Position numbers and translations under genes: made by a program. A stretch of 61,320 nt of DNA, the filler included. It is 3 parts of 3 records of this genome, joined end to end, with 100 filler letters (N's around TTAATTAATTAA, not from the genome) between each part and the next. Parts side by side here need not be neighbours in the genome. Positions count along the whole stretch, not along the records: positions 17,192 to 39,677 come from SRR20825019_725; positions 39,778 to 61,320 come from SRR20825019_731; 1 more part is not named here. One strand, 5' to 3'. Shown here piece by piece: positions 36,730-47,852 of this stretch. Every line of letters starts with the position of its first letter. Within the stretch, counting starts at the first letter, position 1. The notes below the pieces were generated by a model that saw only the letters and a program-made list of their open reading frames with translations, ran no database searches and had not been told where the DNA came from.

Positions 36730-39677
36730 ATGAGGATGTCCGCCCTGCGGCTGTCGTGGCTATTATTGGCAACAATGTGTATAGGGCTTGCCAGTGCCCA
36801 TGGGCACCACGATGACCACGAACACCCTGTACAGCCTTCAACCATGGCTTACTTGGAGAGATTCCATCCGGAGTATATTCCCTGTGTGCGCTCGCACACG
36901 AAGCACTACGGAAGGAGGTATCAGGACCACCAGAAAATCATAAGCCATGCCATGAAAATGTGCTCTTATCTGCGTGGGGAGGCTATGAAAATGGGATTTC
37001 TCTCGGAAGAAGAGCTAGCGGGGGTCCACAATGGTTCTCCAAAGCCGTGCGTATCGGTCAATGACCCGGCTTGCTCGCAAAGTGAGTGGTGTTACGTGGC
37101 GAACGAAAGAGATACGTCTGGTCTGTGTCTGCCAAAGGAGATGTACAGCTGCATGAGCACTGTGGACTGCGCTTCCTTCAGCGCAACTGGTGGGCTTCGG
37201 TGGACATGCGAAAAGGAGTCTGAGGAGTTGCTCGGCCGCTGCCAGGAAAATTCCGCTGAAGGAGAGCTGGTTGATGAGAATTTGTCCATTGAACCCAATG
37301 GCAGCGTAAATCCCGGAAACCCTCCGAGCTATTCTTCTCCAACTGTTATGCTAGATGAGATGCCCTCTCATGTAGAGCCCATGACGGCGGAGGAGGCGGC
37401 AAAGTACCCCCCTTCCTCCACAACAAGGCGTCCTGGTGAGGTCAGTACCTGTGGCACCCATCACACGCACCACTCCTCCAGCTCGGAGTTTGACTTTGTG
37501 AAGGCTGATGGGAAGAATGCGGTGAGGAACGGGAGTTTCCGCGCTTGGGTAAACAGCGGCAAGGCGTCGGAGGAATCAGAGCTGAACGAACTTGGCTCGA
37601 AGGCGGCAGCAACGTGGGCTGTTTGTGGGAACGCCCTCTATGGGGATGTTGTCCAGTGCGACAACCCCATGGTGAGGAACAACTACAAGTTCGAGAAGGT
37701 GAACGCAAATGGGCAGTCCAACCAGGCGGATATGGTTGCAAAGATTGGATTTCATTACGTCATCCCTGTCATGACGTCGCAGACGGAAAGTTATGTTCGG
37801 AGCTGGGCAGACTACTTCCTCAAGATCACCCAAGGTCAGATTTATACTCTGAACAGTGACTATGCCCAGATGGGCATGCAGTTCTCGGCTGCCATCTACT
37901 ACTACCAGGACAATGATCTATTCAAGTCGCGTGTGGCGCAGTACCCCGATGGTGACGCTGCTTGCCAGCGTTGCTCTGATGTGAATAGATTCAATGCTAA
38001 TGAGTGTAAGTTTGTGGATTGCTGTTCACGTAACCTCATTCAAAAGAAAGCGTTGAATGAGAACTGGGGACATCATGAGAACTGCATATCTTTTGATCAG
38101 TACTATGAACGTATCAGTGGCGCTGCCAGCCTAGATCCCACCACGATGATGTCGGTCATGCAGGGTCGTTTCAACACATTCCCAGCCCACTTCGCCAACC
38201 CCGGTTTGCTCGGCTTTGCCTTCTTCCCCTGGGATGCGGATGGCATGCAAGGTGTGGTTGCAATGAATTTGAAGGTCACAGGCCCCAACCAGAAAACGCT
38301 TTCCCATGAGCTTGGACATGCGCTGGGCTTGCTACACACGGTGGGTGATATTGTTTTGGTCTTGATTGTGGCTGGTAACTAATATGCGTTTATAGTTTGC
38401 TGGAGTTGAGGAAGTGAGGTGCACCGCGAACTCTCAATGTACTGAAGATGTGGCCAGCAATGACAACGGTGATTTCTGCTCTGATACTGTCCCGGTTCCG
38501 CGATATTATGCCTGTGATACTCAGACTCAGCACCAAATCCTTCAACAGAGCAACTGCCGCGGCACGAAATTCCAGGGTCTCACAGACAACGATTATCGCA
38601 ACTACATGTCATATGTGTCTGATCAGTGCATGAGTGTGTTTACTCCCGACCAGAGTGGACGGGCTCGGTGCTACTTGAGCGCCAATCGCAAACTGAGGAA
38701 CAGCGTCATCTCCCAGCCGTCTGTCGGCGTCACGACCGGGGGTTCAAGATGTGACCGCAACAAATGCAAGAACGGTGGGCAACTAAACTCATCCGACTGC
38801 ACTTGTGCATGCACGCCGGCATGGAAGGGCGAGGTCTGCAATATTCCCAAGTGTGGGACTACCCAATGCAAGAACGGCGGGAAGCTCAATTACAATAACT
38901 GCAGCTGCCAATGTGTCGCTCCGTACTACGGACAGAATTGCGAGCTGCGCAAGCAGTCTCTTACAGCGTCAGAACACAGCAACTACATGCCCAGGTTGTC
39001 TCAGTCGTCTCAAGATTCTGGAAAACTGATCACAAACTGGGGATACACATCTGAGGCGATGGGATGCTTTTCTGGCGGTGAGCTTGATGATCGCAAACAG
39101 TTCTTGCCTATCATCATTACACCAGATGAGTTCAAGGCCACAAATGTGCATGGGACCACCCCTTCTTACTGCCACTATCGATGCCACCAAATGTCAAAGG
39201 CATACAACTACTTTGCTGTAGACATGGGTGGTGTCATGTGTTACTGCTCCACCATCATGCCGAAGACTCTGGCACTTGTCGAGGATACGGAGTGCAACAT
39301 GAGGTGCGCCGATGGTAACAGGTGCGGGTCCAACCATCTGAACAGCAGGTATGCTGTAAGATCAATGTACAAGGTACAGAGGGGGTCGGGAAGCGCGTCT
39401 TCTCAGCGCACCAGCAACTCTCGAACAGTTGCACCGGCTACTACCCACACGACCCATGCCTCTGGACAATCAGTCAAAAGCATAACCAACGGTCACATTG
39501 ATGACCACGGTGATATGGCGGAAGTGGAGTCGAAAGACTCCCCCACGTCGAATGCGACGCCTGCGCCAGCATCTACACCCGCAGCAACTCCTACCACCCC
39601 GGCGGTGTCTCAGCAGAACCAGCCTGCAGCTGCGGAGCAAGGCCAAGCCCCCAATGAAGACCCTCCTGTTGCCGCGC
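36730..39677 (+). CDS. Secreted pappalysin-family (M43B) zinc metalloprotease with EGF-like and WSC-like domains; 3' truncated
   Basis: Signal peptide, LLGFAFFPW, HELGHALGLLHT, DFCSDT.P and Met-turn NYMSY. Two CKNGG...C.C EGF repeats and a GCF...C...C...YFAV...CYC WSC pattern. Intron 38341-38396. Confidence 0.85.
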
Positions 39678-39777
39678 NNNNNNNNNNNNNNNNNNNNNNN
39701 NNNNNNNNNNNNNNNNNNNNNTTAATTAATTAANNNNNNNNNNNNNNNNNNNNNNNNNNNNNNNNNNNNNNNNNNNN
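39678..39777. other. Artificial contig linker joining eukaryotic and bacterial contigs
   Basis: N44-TTAATTAATTAA-N44. Confidence 0.97.
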
Positions 39778-42172
39778 ACTGCCCAAGCTGCCCAATGGCA
39801 AGCTGGATCGTAATGCGTTGCCAGAGCCTGTCTCGCGAACGAAACAGCATCAGAGGCCAGAAGGCGCGCGCGAGGTCCTGCTGGCCGAACTGTGGGCCGC
39901 AATGCTGGGAGCGGCTGAGGTCGGCAGGAATGACAGTTTCTTCGAGCTGGGTGGTGATTCCATCCAGTCCCTGGAGCTGATCACCCGTTTGCGTCAGTTG
40001 CGCTGGCAAGTGACACCGAAAACCGTGTTCCTGAAACCGCGACTCTCGGAGTTGGCCGCTGCTTTGGAGCCGATAACGACGTCAGCCTCCGAAACTGCAA
40101 GGGCCGAAGGCCTTGTGCCACTGACACCGATTCAGGCCCATTTTTTCGAGCAGCCTCTGCCTGATTATTCCCATTGGAACCAGTCGGTATTGCTTGAGGT
40201 CATTCACCCGCTTGACGAGGAACTGCTGCGGCGAGCGGTTGCGGCGCTGATCGAACACCACGATGTCCTCCGCCTGGGCTTCCACCGTGAACGGGATGTC
40301 TGGTATGGAAACTACCGAGCTACAGAGTCCGTGGACCGGCTTTTCAGTGTCGTGGTGCTGCCAGACGAGGGTTTGGTGACGACGACTTGTGACCGAATAC
40401 AGCGCAGTTTCGATCTCGAGAACGGCCCCCTTGCAGCCATTGTGCTGATGACACTTCCGGACGGTGGGCAGCGACTGTTGGTCAGCGCCCATCACTTGAT
40501 TGTTGACGGTGTCTCCTGGCGGATTCTCCTGGACGATCTCGGCGAAGCCTACCGGCAGGTTGCCGAGGGAAGGGCAACTGATGCTCGGCTACCGCGCGCT
40601 ACTTTCCAGTCCTGGGCCAATCACCTCCGCGAGCGTGCCGATCAGGGAGCATGGCAGCAGGAACTGGCGTATTGGGAACGTTTTTCCACTGCCCCTGAGC
40701 CCTGGCCGGTGGACAATCCGGCGGGCAGCCGGGCGACACGGTATGAGGAACTCTGCGAGTGGAGCCTGTCCGCCGGTCAAACCCGAACGTTGCTCCGTCA
40801 AACCCTGGCGGCGTTTGAGGCGGGCATGGACGATGTCATGCTGGCTGCCCTGGCGGAGGGGCTGCGGGCATGGGGTGGTCTGCAGCGACCCATCGTCGCC
40901 GTAGAGGGTCATGGCCGGGAAACCGACGATGCAGCCCTCGACCTGAGCCGCACACTGGGTTGGTTTACCAGCCTGTATCCGGTTCAGCTCGAACCCACAG
41001 GCAATCCGTTATTAACCCTAGACGCGACCCGCCATCTGCGTGCCGGGATTCCGGGCAAGGGACTCGGATACGGTGCCCTTCGATACCTGGGCGACCCTAA
41101 AACCCGTTCGCGTCTGAAACGCCTGCCGGAACCGGACCTGGCATTCAATTACCTGGGTCAGTTTGACGACACCCTTGCGAGCGGTCGTTTTAGATTGGCG
41201 CCGGAGTCGGCGGGTGAGTTGGTGGACCCCGATGCGCCCCTCGGGCGGGAGCTGGAAATAAACGGCCAGGTCTATCAGGGGCAGTTGACGCTCAGTTGTC
41301 GCTACAGTGGTCAGCGATATCAGGCTTCCAACGTCCAGCGGCTGATGAGAGCGATTGGCCTGGCTCTGGAAACCCTGGTGGCCGGCACATCGGAGGCATT
41401 ACCGGCGGAGGCCGAGCGGCCGTCGGCGGGTAAGCTGAATCCTCTGATTCGTCTTTCAGAGTCGCGTGGGACAGCACCGCAACTATTCTGTCCGCACCCG
41501 GTCAGCGGCACGGTGGTTGGCTACTATCCGCTTGCCTCACGATTGGCGGGCGACTGGTCGGTATGGGGTTTCCAGAATCGGCAGATTCTGGATTCAAGCT
41601 GGCGCGACCGGTCACTGGCCGCGATGGCAAGGGACTACGTGAAGGAGATGCTGGCGCTACAGCCCCAGGGGCCATACTACCTCCTTGGTTGGTCCATGGG
41701 TGGTGCGCTGGTGCTGGAAATGGCGAGCCTGCTGGAGCGCATGGGCAGGGAAGTGGCCTGGGTCGGCCTGATCGATGGTTATATCCCCGGGGCTGGCCAC
41801 CGGTCCGTCGAAAACAATCCCGAATCATCCCCTGAGGGCGTCGCCCAGGATGAGTGGCAGCAATTGCTGGATGTGGAAAGGCATATGCGCCGGCTGGCAA
41901 GGGCCCATGAACGGGTCAAACCACTTCGGGCGCCAGTGCATGCGTGGTGGGCAAAGCAGTCACCAGAGAGCAATGACAATGCAGAAGCGCTACTGACCGC
42001 CTTTATCGGCTGCCAACCTGCCAGCTCGGTGTGGATCGATACTCACCATCTGGGAATTGTACGCCATCCGGAATTTCTTGAATCGATGCCCCGTTCGTTG
42101 GAAGCGAACTCCAATTCCACGGTCGGAGCCGATGGTATGAAAGTGGGGCGTTCAGGCGAACCAGTGGGTTAG
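39778..42172 (+). CDS. NRPS terminal module (end of A, T, epimerization, thioesterase); 5' truncated
   Basis: LPNGKLDRNALP (A10), FFELGGDSI (T before E), HHLIVDGVSW / EGHGRE / RTLGWFT / FNYLGQFD (E) and GWSMGG (TE). Confidence 0.95.
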
Positions 42173-42208
42173 GCCTTAACAGGCATTGAATATAACGCAT
42201 TTTCTAAT

Positions 42209-42227
42209 GTAAATAGGAATTGTTATC
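42209..42227. promoter_or_regulatory. Fur box upstream of the TonB receptor operon
   Basis: Reverse complement GATAACAATTCCTATTTAC resembles the consensus GATAATGATAATCATTATC, in an AT-rich promoter region. Confidence 0.65.
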
Positions 42228-42321
42228 GTTGAGTTTAAAATTAAATATGCTTAAGATAGCTTCAGCTTCAGGTAAGGCGCCGGGTTTTGGCGCTTTTGTC
42301 ACATTCAGTAGGGAATCAGTT

Positions 42322-44499
42322 ATGACGTTTAAGGAAAACGGCTTATCCGCCTTCCGAATCAGTCTGCTTGCGGCTGCAGTAGGCACCTCTGGCCACGCCT
42401 TTGCCCAGGACGAGAATAACGCAACGGAACTCGAGGAAATTCAGGTCACCGCTGAGAGGGAAGGGCCGCAGGGACCTGACTATGGCTACGAGGCGGAACG
42501 AAGCCTGACGGCGACCAAGACGAACACGCCGCTGGCTGAAACACCGCGGTCGGTTTCCGTTGCTACCAGGGAGCGCATCGAAGACCAGAATGCCCAGACG
42601 TTGTCCGATATTCTCTACTACATGCCGGGTGTTTCCTCGACCAAGTTCCCGGTCGGTGATGGTCTTGCCGGTGACATTTTCTATATTCGCGGTATGAACC
42701 AGCGCGACTACGGCTACGGTACCTACCGCGATGGCCTCAGGGTTCAGCCCAACGCCTACTCCACCTCGGCAGAGCCCTTCGGGCTTGAGCGGGTTGAGGT
42801 GTTCAAGGGCCCCACTTCCGTACTGTACGGTGAGAACGTGCCGGGCGGACTGGTGAACCTGGTGAGCAAGCGTCCCACTGAGACCGATCAGGGCCAGGTA
42901 AACCTGAGCTACGGCACCCATGACCGCAAACAGGTATCCGCTGATATTTCCGGTGCGATGACCGATGATGGCAAGGTGCTGGGGCGCATGGTGTTCCTGA
43001 GCCGGCGATCCGATACCCAGACCGACAGCGTGCCGGACGACCGGCTTTACTTTGCACCGTCCATGACCCTGAAACTGACCGATCAGGACACCCTGACACT
43101 GCTGGTCTCCTATCAGAAAGACGATACCGAAATTCAGTTGGGGCTACCGGCAGGCGGAACCGTGTTGGATCACCCCGCCGGTCAAATCGACCCGTCCACC
43201 AATCTTGGTCATCCGGAGTGGGATACCTTTGATCGTAAGGTCTGGTCACTGGGCTATGAATACGAGCACCAGTTCAATTCTGACCTGACCTTCCGGCAGA
43301 ACGCCCGTTACCTGCGTTCCCGTGTTGAGCGCAAGGAAGTCTGGTGGGGGTTCCCTGGGGATGGGTTTGATGATTTCGTGGGTGCGTATGGCCGTGACCG
43401 GTTTAATGAGTCGCGTACCTATTCCATCGACAACCAACTGGTTGGAGATCTGCAGATCGGCGCTACCGAAAACACCTGGCTTGCCGGTGTGAGCTTTGAT
43501 CGCACCAGTTTTGATCAGACCCAGGATGTCGGTTTCAGCGATATTCAATTTATCAACATCTATGACCCGGTTTGGGCCCGGATCCCGGGTACCCCGACCA
43601 CCTCCAGCGACGGTGAGGAAATTCAGAACCTGGCTGGCGTTTATGCACAGGTGCAGAGTCGGGTCGGTAACCTGATCGGGCTACTGGGAGGGCGTTTTGA
43701 TTACGCCGAAACTGAATTTGATAATCGTCTGCCGGGAGGCGAGGACTTCGACTTCAACGACAAGGAGTTCACATGGCAGGCCGGCCTGATGTACGAGTTT
43801 GATTTTGGCCTTTCGCCTTACCTCAGCTATTCCACTTCGTTTGTGCCAGCTCGCCAGACTACGACGGATAATGAAGCCCTGGAACCGATCACAGGTCGGC
43901 AGTATGAAGCTGGCTTCAAGTACCAGCCGCCGGGCTTGGATACGCTGGTGACCGTTTCGGCGTTTGATATTGTCAAGAAGGACGACGTCAATTATGACGG
44001 TTCCATTGGTGCCTATCGGAACGTCGGCCGTACGGAATCCGAGGGTGTCGAGTTTGAACTCAACAGCGACATCAACGAGAACCTGAGCCTGCTGGCCACC
44101 TACACCTACACCGACGCAAAGATCGTCGAAGATGAATCCTTCCCTCGCTATGAGGGCAGGCAGGTCGTGGGCGTCCCGCGCAACCAGGCTTCGCTCTGGG
44201 CCAACTACAAATTCTTCGAGGACCTGTTGCGTGGCGTGGAAGCTGGCGTCGGTGTGCGCTATGTCGGCGAGTCCTACGCCTACCCGTCTGATACTCTCGC
44301 CTACCCGTCACGACTGGAGACCGACGAGGTCACTCTGGTGGACCTGGCTCTGGCCTACCAATTCCTTAATGGTTGGGAGACCCGCGTGAACGTCCACAAC
44401 CTGTTTGACGAGGAATACGTCGGCGAATGTAACAATGCGGCGCGTTGCTACTATGGCGCTGAGCGCACCGTTCAGGGCACGGTTTCCTATAACTGGTAG
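42322..44499 (+). CDS. TonB-dependent ferric-siderophore receptor (FhuA-like)
   Basis: Signal peptide, EEIQVTA TonB box, TKTNTPLAETPRSVSV, ERVEVFKGPTSVLYG, NLFDEEY and C-terminal aromatic residue (YNW). Confidence 0.95.
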   Translation: MTFKENGLSAFRISLLAAAVGTSGHAFAQDENNATELEEIQVTAEREGPQGPDYGYEAERSLTATKTNTPLAETPRSVSVATRERIEDQNAQTLSDILYYMPGVSSTKFPVGDGLAGDIFYIRGMNQRDYGYGTYRDGLRVQPNAYSTSAEPFGLERVEVFKGPTSVLYGENVPGGLVNLVSKRPTETDQGQVNLSYGTHDRKQVSADISGAMTDDGKVLGRMVFLSRRSDTQTDSVPDDRLYFAPSMTLKLTDQDTLTLLVSYQKDDTEIQLGLPAGGTVLDHPAGQIDPSTNLGHPEWDTFDRKVWSLGYEYEHQFNSDLTFRQNARYLRSRVERKEVWWGFPGDGFDDFVGAYGRDRFNESRTYSIDNQLVGDLQIGATENTWLAGVSFDRTSFDQTQDVGFSDIQFINIYDPVWARIPGTPTTSSDGEEIQNLAGVYAQVQSRVGNLIGLLGGRFDYAETEFDNRLPGGEDFDFNDKEFTWQAGLMYEFDFGLSPYLSYSTSFVPARQTTTDNEALEPITGRQYEAGFKYQPPGLDTLVTVSAFDIVKKDDVNYDGSIGAYRNVGRTESEGVEFELNSDINENLSLLATYTYTDAKIVEDESFPRYEGRQVVGVPRNQASLWANYKFFEDLLRGVEAGVGVRYVGESYAYPSDTLAYPSRLETDEVTLVDLALAYQFLNGWETRVNVHNLFDEEYVGECNNAARCYYGAERTVQGTVSYNW

Positions 44500-44507
44500 T
44501 GCCTGAG

Positions 44508-44563
44508 CCGGCGATGTGCTGACGGCGGTCGTGCCTTCCTGCGGCTGCCGATGCCATCGCCGG
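44508..44563 (+). other. Intercistronic stem-loop after the receptor gene
   Basis: CCGGCGATG (44508-44516) pairs with CATCGCCGG (44555-44563); inner stem CGGCGGTCG/CGGCTGCCG; no U-tract. Confidence 0.6.
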
Positions 44564-44582
44564 ATTCTCTGCACCCTGATGA

Positions 44583-46622
44583 ATGGATGTTGGTGTGACT
44601 GCGGTGAATCAGCAAATTGAAGGTGGCCAGGTCAAGGCGACGAACCGCCGACTGTGGCTGGCGACCGGGGCGGGAACCCTGGCCTTGATAGCCCTGCTGT
44701 TATGGCAGGGCTTTTTCCGTTATCCGATGCCGGAGGCCGGTGCCTGGTTGACCCCATGGCAGTCGTCACCGTCCCTCGATGACCTGCTGCTCTGGTGGGC
44801 ACAGTTACCCCGAGTTGTTGCAGGCCTGATCGTCGGTGCGGGGTTGGGTATTGCCGGCGCCCTGATGCAGTTGATTACCCGCAATCCGCTGGTGTCGCCG
44901 GATCTACTTGGTATCACGGCGGGCGCCCAGTTTGGGGTCATCCTGGGGATGATGCTGCCAGCGGCGTTTGCCCTGCCGCTGGTCTTCCTGGGTGGTCTTG
45001 TGGCCGCGATGCTGACGTTCTTTTTCGCCGGCGGCAGTCGTACGACGCCGCTGCGCCTGGTGTTGGCCGGCATGGCCATGGCACAGATCCTTTACGCCCT
45101 GTTGACGCTGTTGCTCACCCTCAATGAACGGGCGGCCTTTGTGGTGGCGATCTGGGACACCGGGTCACTCAGCCAGTTCGGTTGGGCCCGGGTGCAACTG
45201 GCACTGTGGATGGTGCCGCCATTGCTGCTTGCTCTTGCGTTGCTGCGGCGACCGCTGAACATGGCTTTGTTGGGAGATGCCCAGATGCGGGTGCTGGGGC
45301 TGTCACCCCGCATGCTTAAAGCGGTGGTTATCCTGATAGGCACTCTGCTGACCGCACTGGCAATTCATATCGCCGGGCCGCTGGGGTTCATTGGTCTGGT
45401 TGCGCCGAACCTGGTGCGCTACGGATTTGGCGTACACTGGCCATCACGGTTGCTGCCGCTGGCTGCGCTTTGGGGCGGGGTCCTGACGTTGTCCGCGGAT
45501 GTTGTGGTGGCTGCTGTGGCGGAGGTGATGGAACTGCCTCTGGCGACCTTGTCGGCGGTTCTTGGCGGCATCGCGGTCATGCTGTTGTTGCGATTGACCC
45601 GCAGCCGCCAGTTTCCGGTTCAGGCAGCCCTGGGGTCAGGGGAGCCTACCGGGAAAAAGCTCTCCGCCGTCGCGATCGTGGTGATATTGACGATGATGCT
45701 GGGCGGTGGGCTGGGTTATGGCGTGCTAGGTGGCGACGCCATCAGCCTGACCATGCTATTGGCGGGGGATGGAGTGGCCTGGCAGTTGCTGGACCTGCGG
45801 TTGCCCCGGCTGATGGTGGATGCCGCCGGGGGCGCCTTGTTTGCCTCCAGTGGTCTGATTCTGCAGGGAGTAACCCGCAACCCACTGGCGAGTCCCAGTG
45901 TGTTGGGGGTCAGCCAGATGTCCGCACTGGCGGTGTTGGCCGGGATCATGCTACTGCCCGAACTCGCACCGGGCTGGCGCCTGCCCTTCGCCTGGCTTGG
46001 GGCGACCGTGGCGCTGACCGTCGTCATTCTGCTCAACGTTCGTCATGGTCTCGAGCCCTTGCGGCTGATTCTGACCGGCTTCGCTCTGACCGGTGTTGCT
46101 GCGGGGCTCACCAGCCTGTTGATTGGCTTTCACTCCCTGAACATAACGCTCGCGCTGATCTGGATGGCTGGAAGCAGCTACGCCACTACCTGGGGTGATG
46201 TATGGGTGTTGTTGCCCTGGTTGTGCATCGGCCTGGTGCTGGCGATGTTGGCGCGTCGGTGGCTGGACCTGCTGGCCCTGGGAGATGGGGTCGCGGACAG
46301 TCTGGGTGTGGGCGCCGCCCGTAAACGCCTGCTACTGCTTGTGCTGGCCAGTTTCATGATTGCTGCGGCTGTCAGTGTGCTTGGGCCGGTGGCTTTTGTT
46401 GGGCTGCTGGTGCCTCATGCTGTTCGGTTGCTGGGCTTCTATGGCTATCGGGATCGGCTGATCGTGACGCCATTGATGGGCGCGGTTTTGCTGATCCTGG
46501 CCGATGTGGGGGGGCAGCGATTGTTGTCACCGCTGGACGTGCCACTTGGTGTGATGACCGCCACCATAGGGGCGCCGATTTTCCTGGTGCTCCTGACCCG
46601 AACCTACTTTCGTAAAGCATGA
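44583..46622 (+). CDS. fhuB: Fe3+-hydroxamate ABC transporter permease (fused double FecCD)
   Basis: Two repeats of LPR...Q..TRNPL.SP..LG and GP..F.GL..P; 679 aa. Confidence 0.92.
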   Translation: MDVGVTAVNQQIEGGQVKATNRRLWLATGAGTLALIALLLWQGFFRYPMPEAGAWLTPWQSSPSLDDLLLWWAQLPRVVAGLIVGAGLGIAGALMQLITRNPLVSPDLLGITAGAQFGVILGMMLPAAFALPLVFLGGLVAAMLTFFFAGGSRTTPLRLVLAGMAMAQILYALLTLLLTLNERAAFVVAIWDTGSLSQFGWARVQLALWMVPPLLLALALLRRPLNMALLGDAQMRVLGLSPRMLKAVVILIGTLLTALAIHIAGPLGFIGLVAPNLVRYGFGVHWPSRLLPLAALWGGVLTLSADVVVAAVAEVMELPLATLSAVLGGIAVMLLLRLTRSRQFPVQAALGSGEPTGKKLSAVAIVVILTMMLGGGLGYGVLGGDAISLTMLLAGDGVAWQLLDLRLPRLMVDAAGGALFASSGLILQGVTRNPLASPSVLGVSQMSALAVLAGIMLLPELAPGWRLPFAWLGATVALTVVILLNVRHGLEPLRLILTGFALTGVAAGLTSLLIGFHSLNITLALIWMAGSSYATTWGDVWVLLPWLCIGLVLAMLARRWLDLLALGDGVADSLGVGAARKRLLLLVLASFMIAAAVSVLGPVAFVGLLVPHAVRLLGFYGYRDRLIVTPLMGAVLLILADVGGQRLLSPLDVPLGVMTATIGAPIFLVLLTRTYFRKA

Positions 46623-47560
46623 GAGCCGGAATGACGTTAATTGCAGCCATTGCACTCTGCCTCGTATCTCTAGTCGCCAACGCCGAACCACCGAAGCCCA
46701 TCGTGGCCGCGCAGTCAGAGACGATTCCCGACGAGCCTCTGCGGATCGTCAGTCTGGATGATCTCACCACGGAGATTCTGCTGGCGCTGGGTATACAGCC
46801 GGTGGGTGTTGCCAACCCGGACAGCTATCGCTGGCAGGGCAAGCCTCTGGCTGACAGTCTGGATGGCGTGGAATCCCTGGGAACGCCGCAACAACCCAAC
46901 CTGGAACGTTTGGTCAGCATGCAGCCGGACCTGATTCTGGGTGTGTCCAGCCTCCATGTCAGCCTATTTGACCGCCTTGATCGGCTGGCGCCCACAGTGA
47001 TGTATCGGGTCTCCCTGGAACCGTCACCCCGGGATGCCGTAGACGTTGGAAAGGCGATTCTGGGGCACCTGGCGGCCCTGACAGGGAGAGAGGCTGAGGC
47101 GGAGGTGGTTGTTGCCCGGCTGGAACAGGTCCTGGATAAGGGAAGGCGGGTGGCTCGTGAAAGGGGGATGGCCGGAGAGCCCATCGCAGTGCTTTACCCA
47201 TTGGCAGAGCAGGGGCTGTTTATTGTTTCGAATGAACAGACGCTGGTCGTCAGCCTGGCGAACCGGCTGGGCGGCACCAATCCCTGGCCATTGCGGGAAG
47301 GCCACACCATCCACCAGCGGATTGAAATCCACGCGCTTGCCCAGGCACCCGATGCCCATATCTTCATGATCGGCAATTTCAGTGGAGCACCGATGTTTGA
47401 ATCTCCGCTCTGGCGAGCTCTGCCGGCGGCGCGGAAGCATCGCTACGGCTTCCTGGCAACCAACTACTGGTCGTTTGGTGGGCCGCTGACCGCCACCGTC
47501 ATCATGAAGCAGATGATTGATGTGATGAACGGGATGGGCTCAGACAGGCCGTCGCCCTAA
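46619..47560 (+). CDS. fhuD: Iron-siderophore ABC periplasmic binding protein
   Basis: Signal peptide, [39 protein letters not shown] overlap with fhuB. Confidence 0.85.
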   Translation: MRAGMTLIAAIALCLVSLVANAEPPKPIVAAQSETIPDEPLRIVSLDDLTTEILLALGIQPVGVANPDSYRWQGKPLADSLDGVESLGTPQQPNLERLVSMQPDLILGVSSLHVSLFDRLDRLAPTVMYRVSLEPSPRDAVDVGKAILGHLAALTGREAEAEVVVARLEQVLDKGRRVARERGMAGEPIAVLYPLAEQGLFIVSNEQTLVVSLANRLGGTNPWPLREGHTIHQRIEIHALAQAPDAHIFMIGNFSGAPMFESPLWRALPAARKHRYGFLATNYWSFGGPLTATVIMKQMIDVMNGMGSDRPSP

Positions 47561-47640
47561 ATTTCCGGGTGCCCCGTTCGTCTTGGAGAGTATGGGAGGG
47601 GCGGTCTGCCCCTGGAGTTACAGGTCAGGCGAGGTACGTC

Positions 47641-47847
47641 ATGAGTTTCGATAGCGAGAGCACCATTTTTCAGGTTGTCATTAACCACGAAGAGCAATAC
47701 TCCATCTGGCCGAGCTACAAACCCATTCCCGAAGGCTGGAAAGCGATAGGCGTGGAGGGGGATAAGGCCTCCTGTCTCGCGCACATCCGTGAAGCGTGGA
47801 CGGATATGCGTCCCAAAAGCCTGCAGGATGCGATGGCCGGAGGTTGA
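47641..47847 (+). CDS. mbtH: MbtH-like NRPS accessory protein
   Basis: [13 protein letters not shown]...IPEGW...[18 protein letters not shown] at 47641 with RBS GAGG. Confidence 0.95.
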   Translation: MSFDSESTIFQVVINHEEQYSIWPSYKPIPEGWKAIGVEGDKASCLAHIREAWTDMRPKSLQDAMAGG

Positions 47848-47852
47848 AGCCG

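Noticed and set aside
39678-39777. Horizontal transfer of a bacterial siderophore cluster into the eukaryote
   Set aside because: The junction is an artificial linker, genes on both sides are truncated mid-ORF, and the bacterial side carries intron-free core operons
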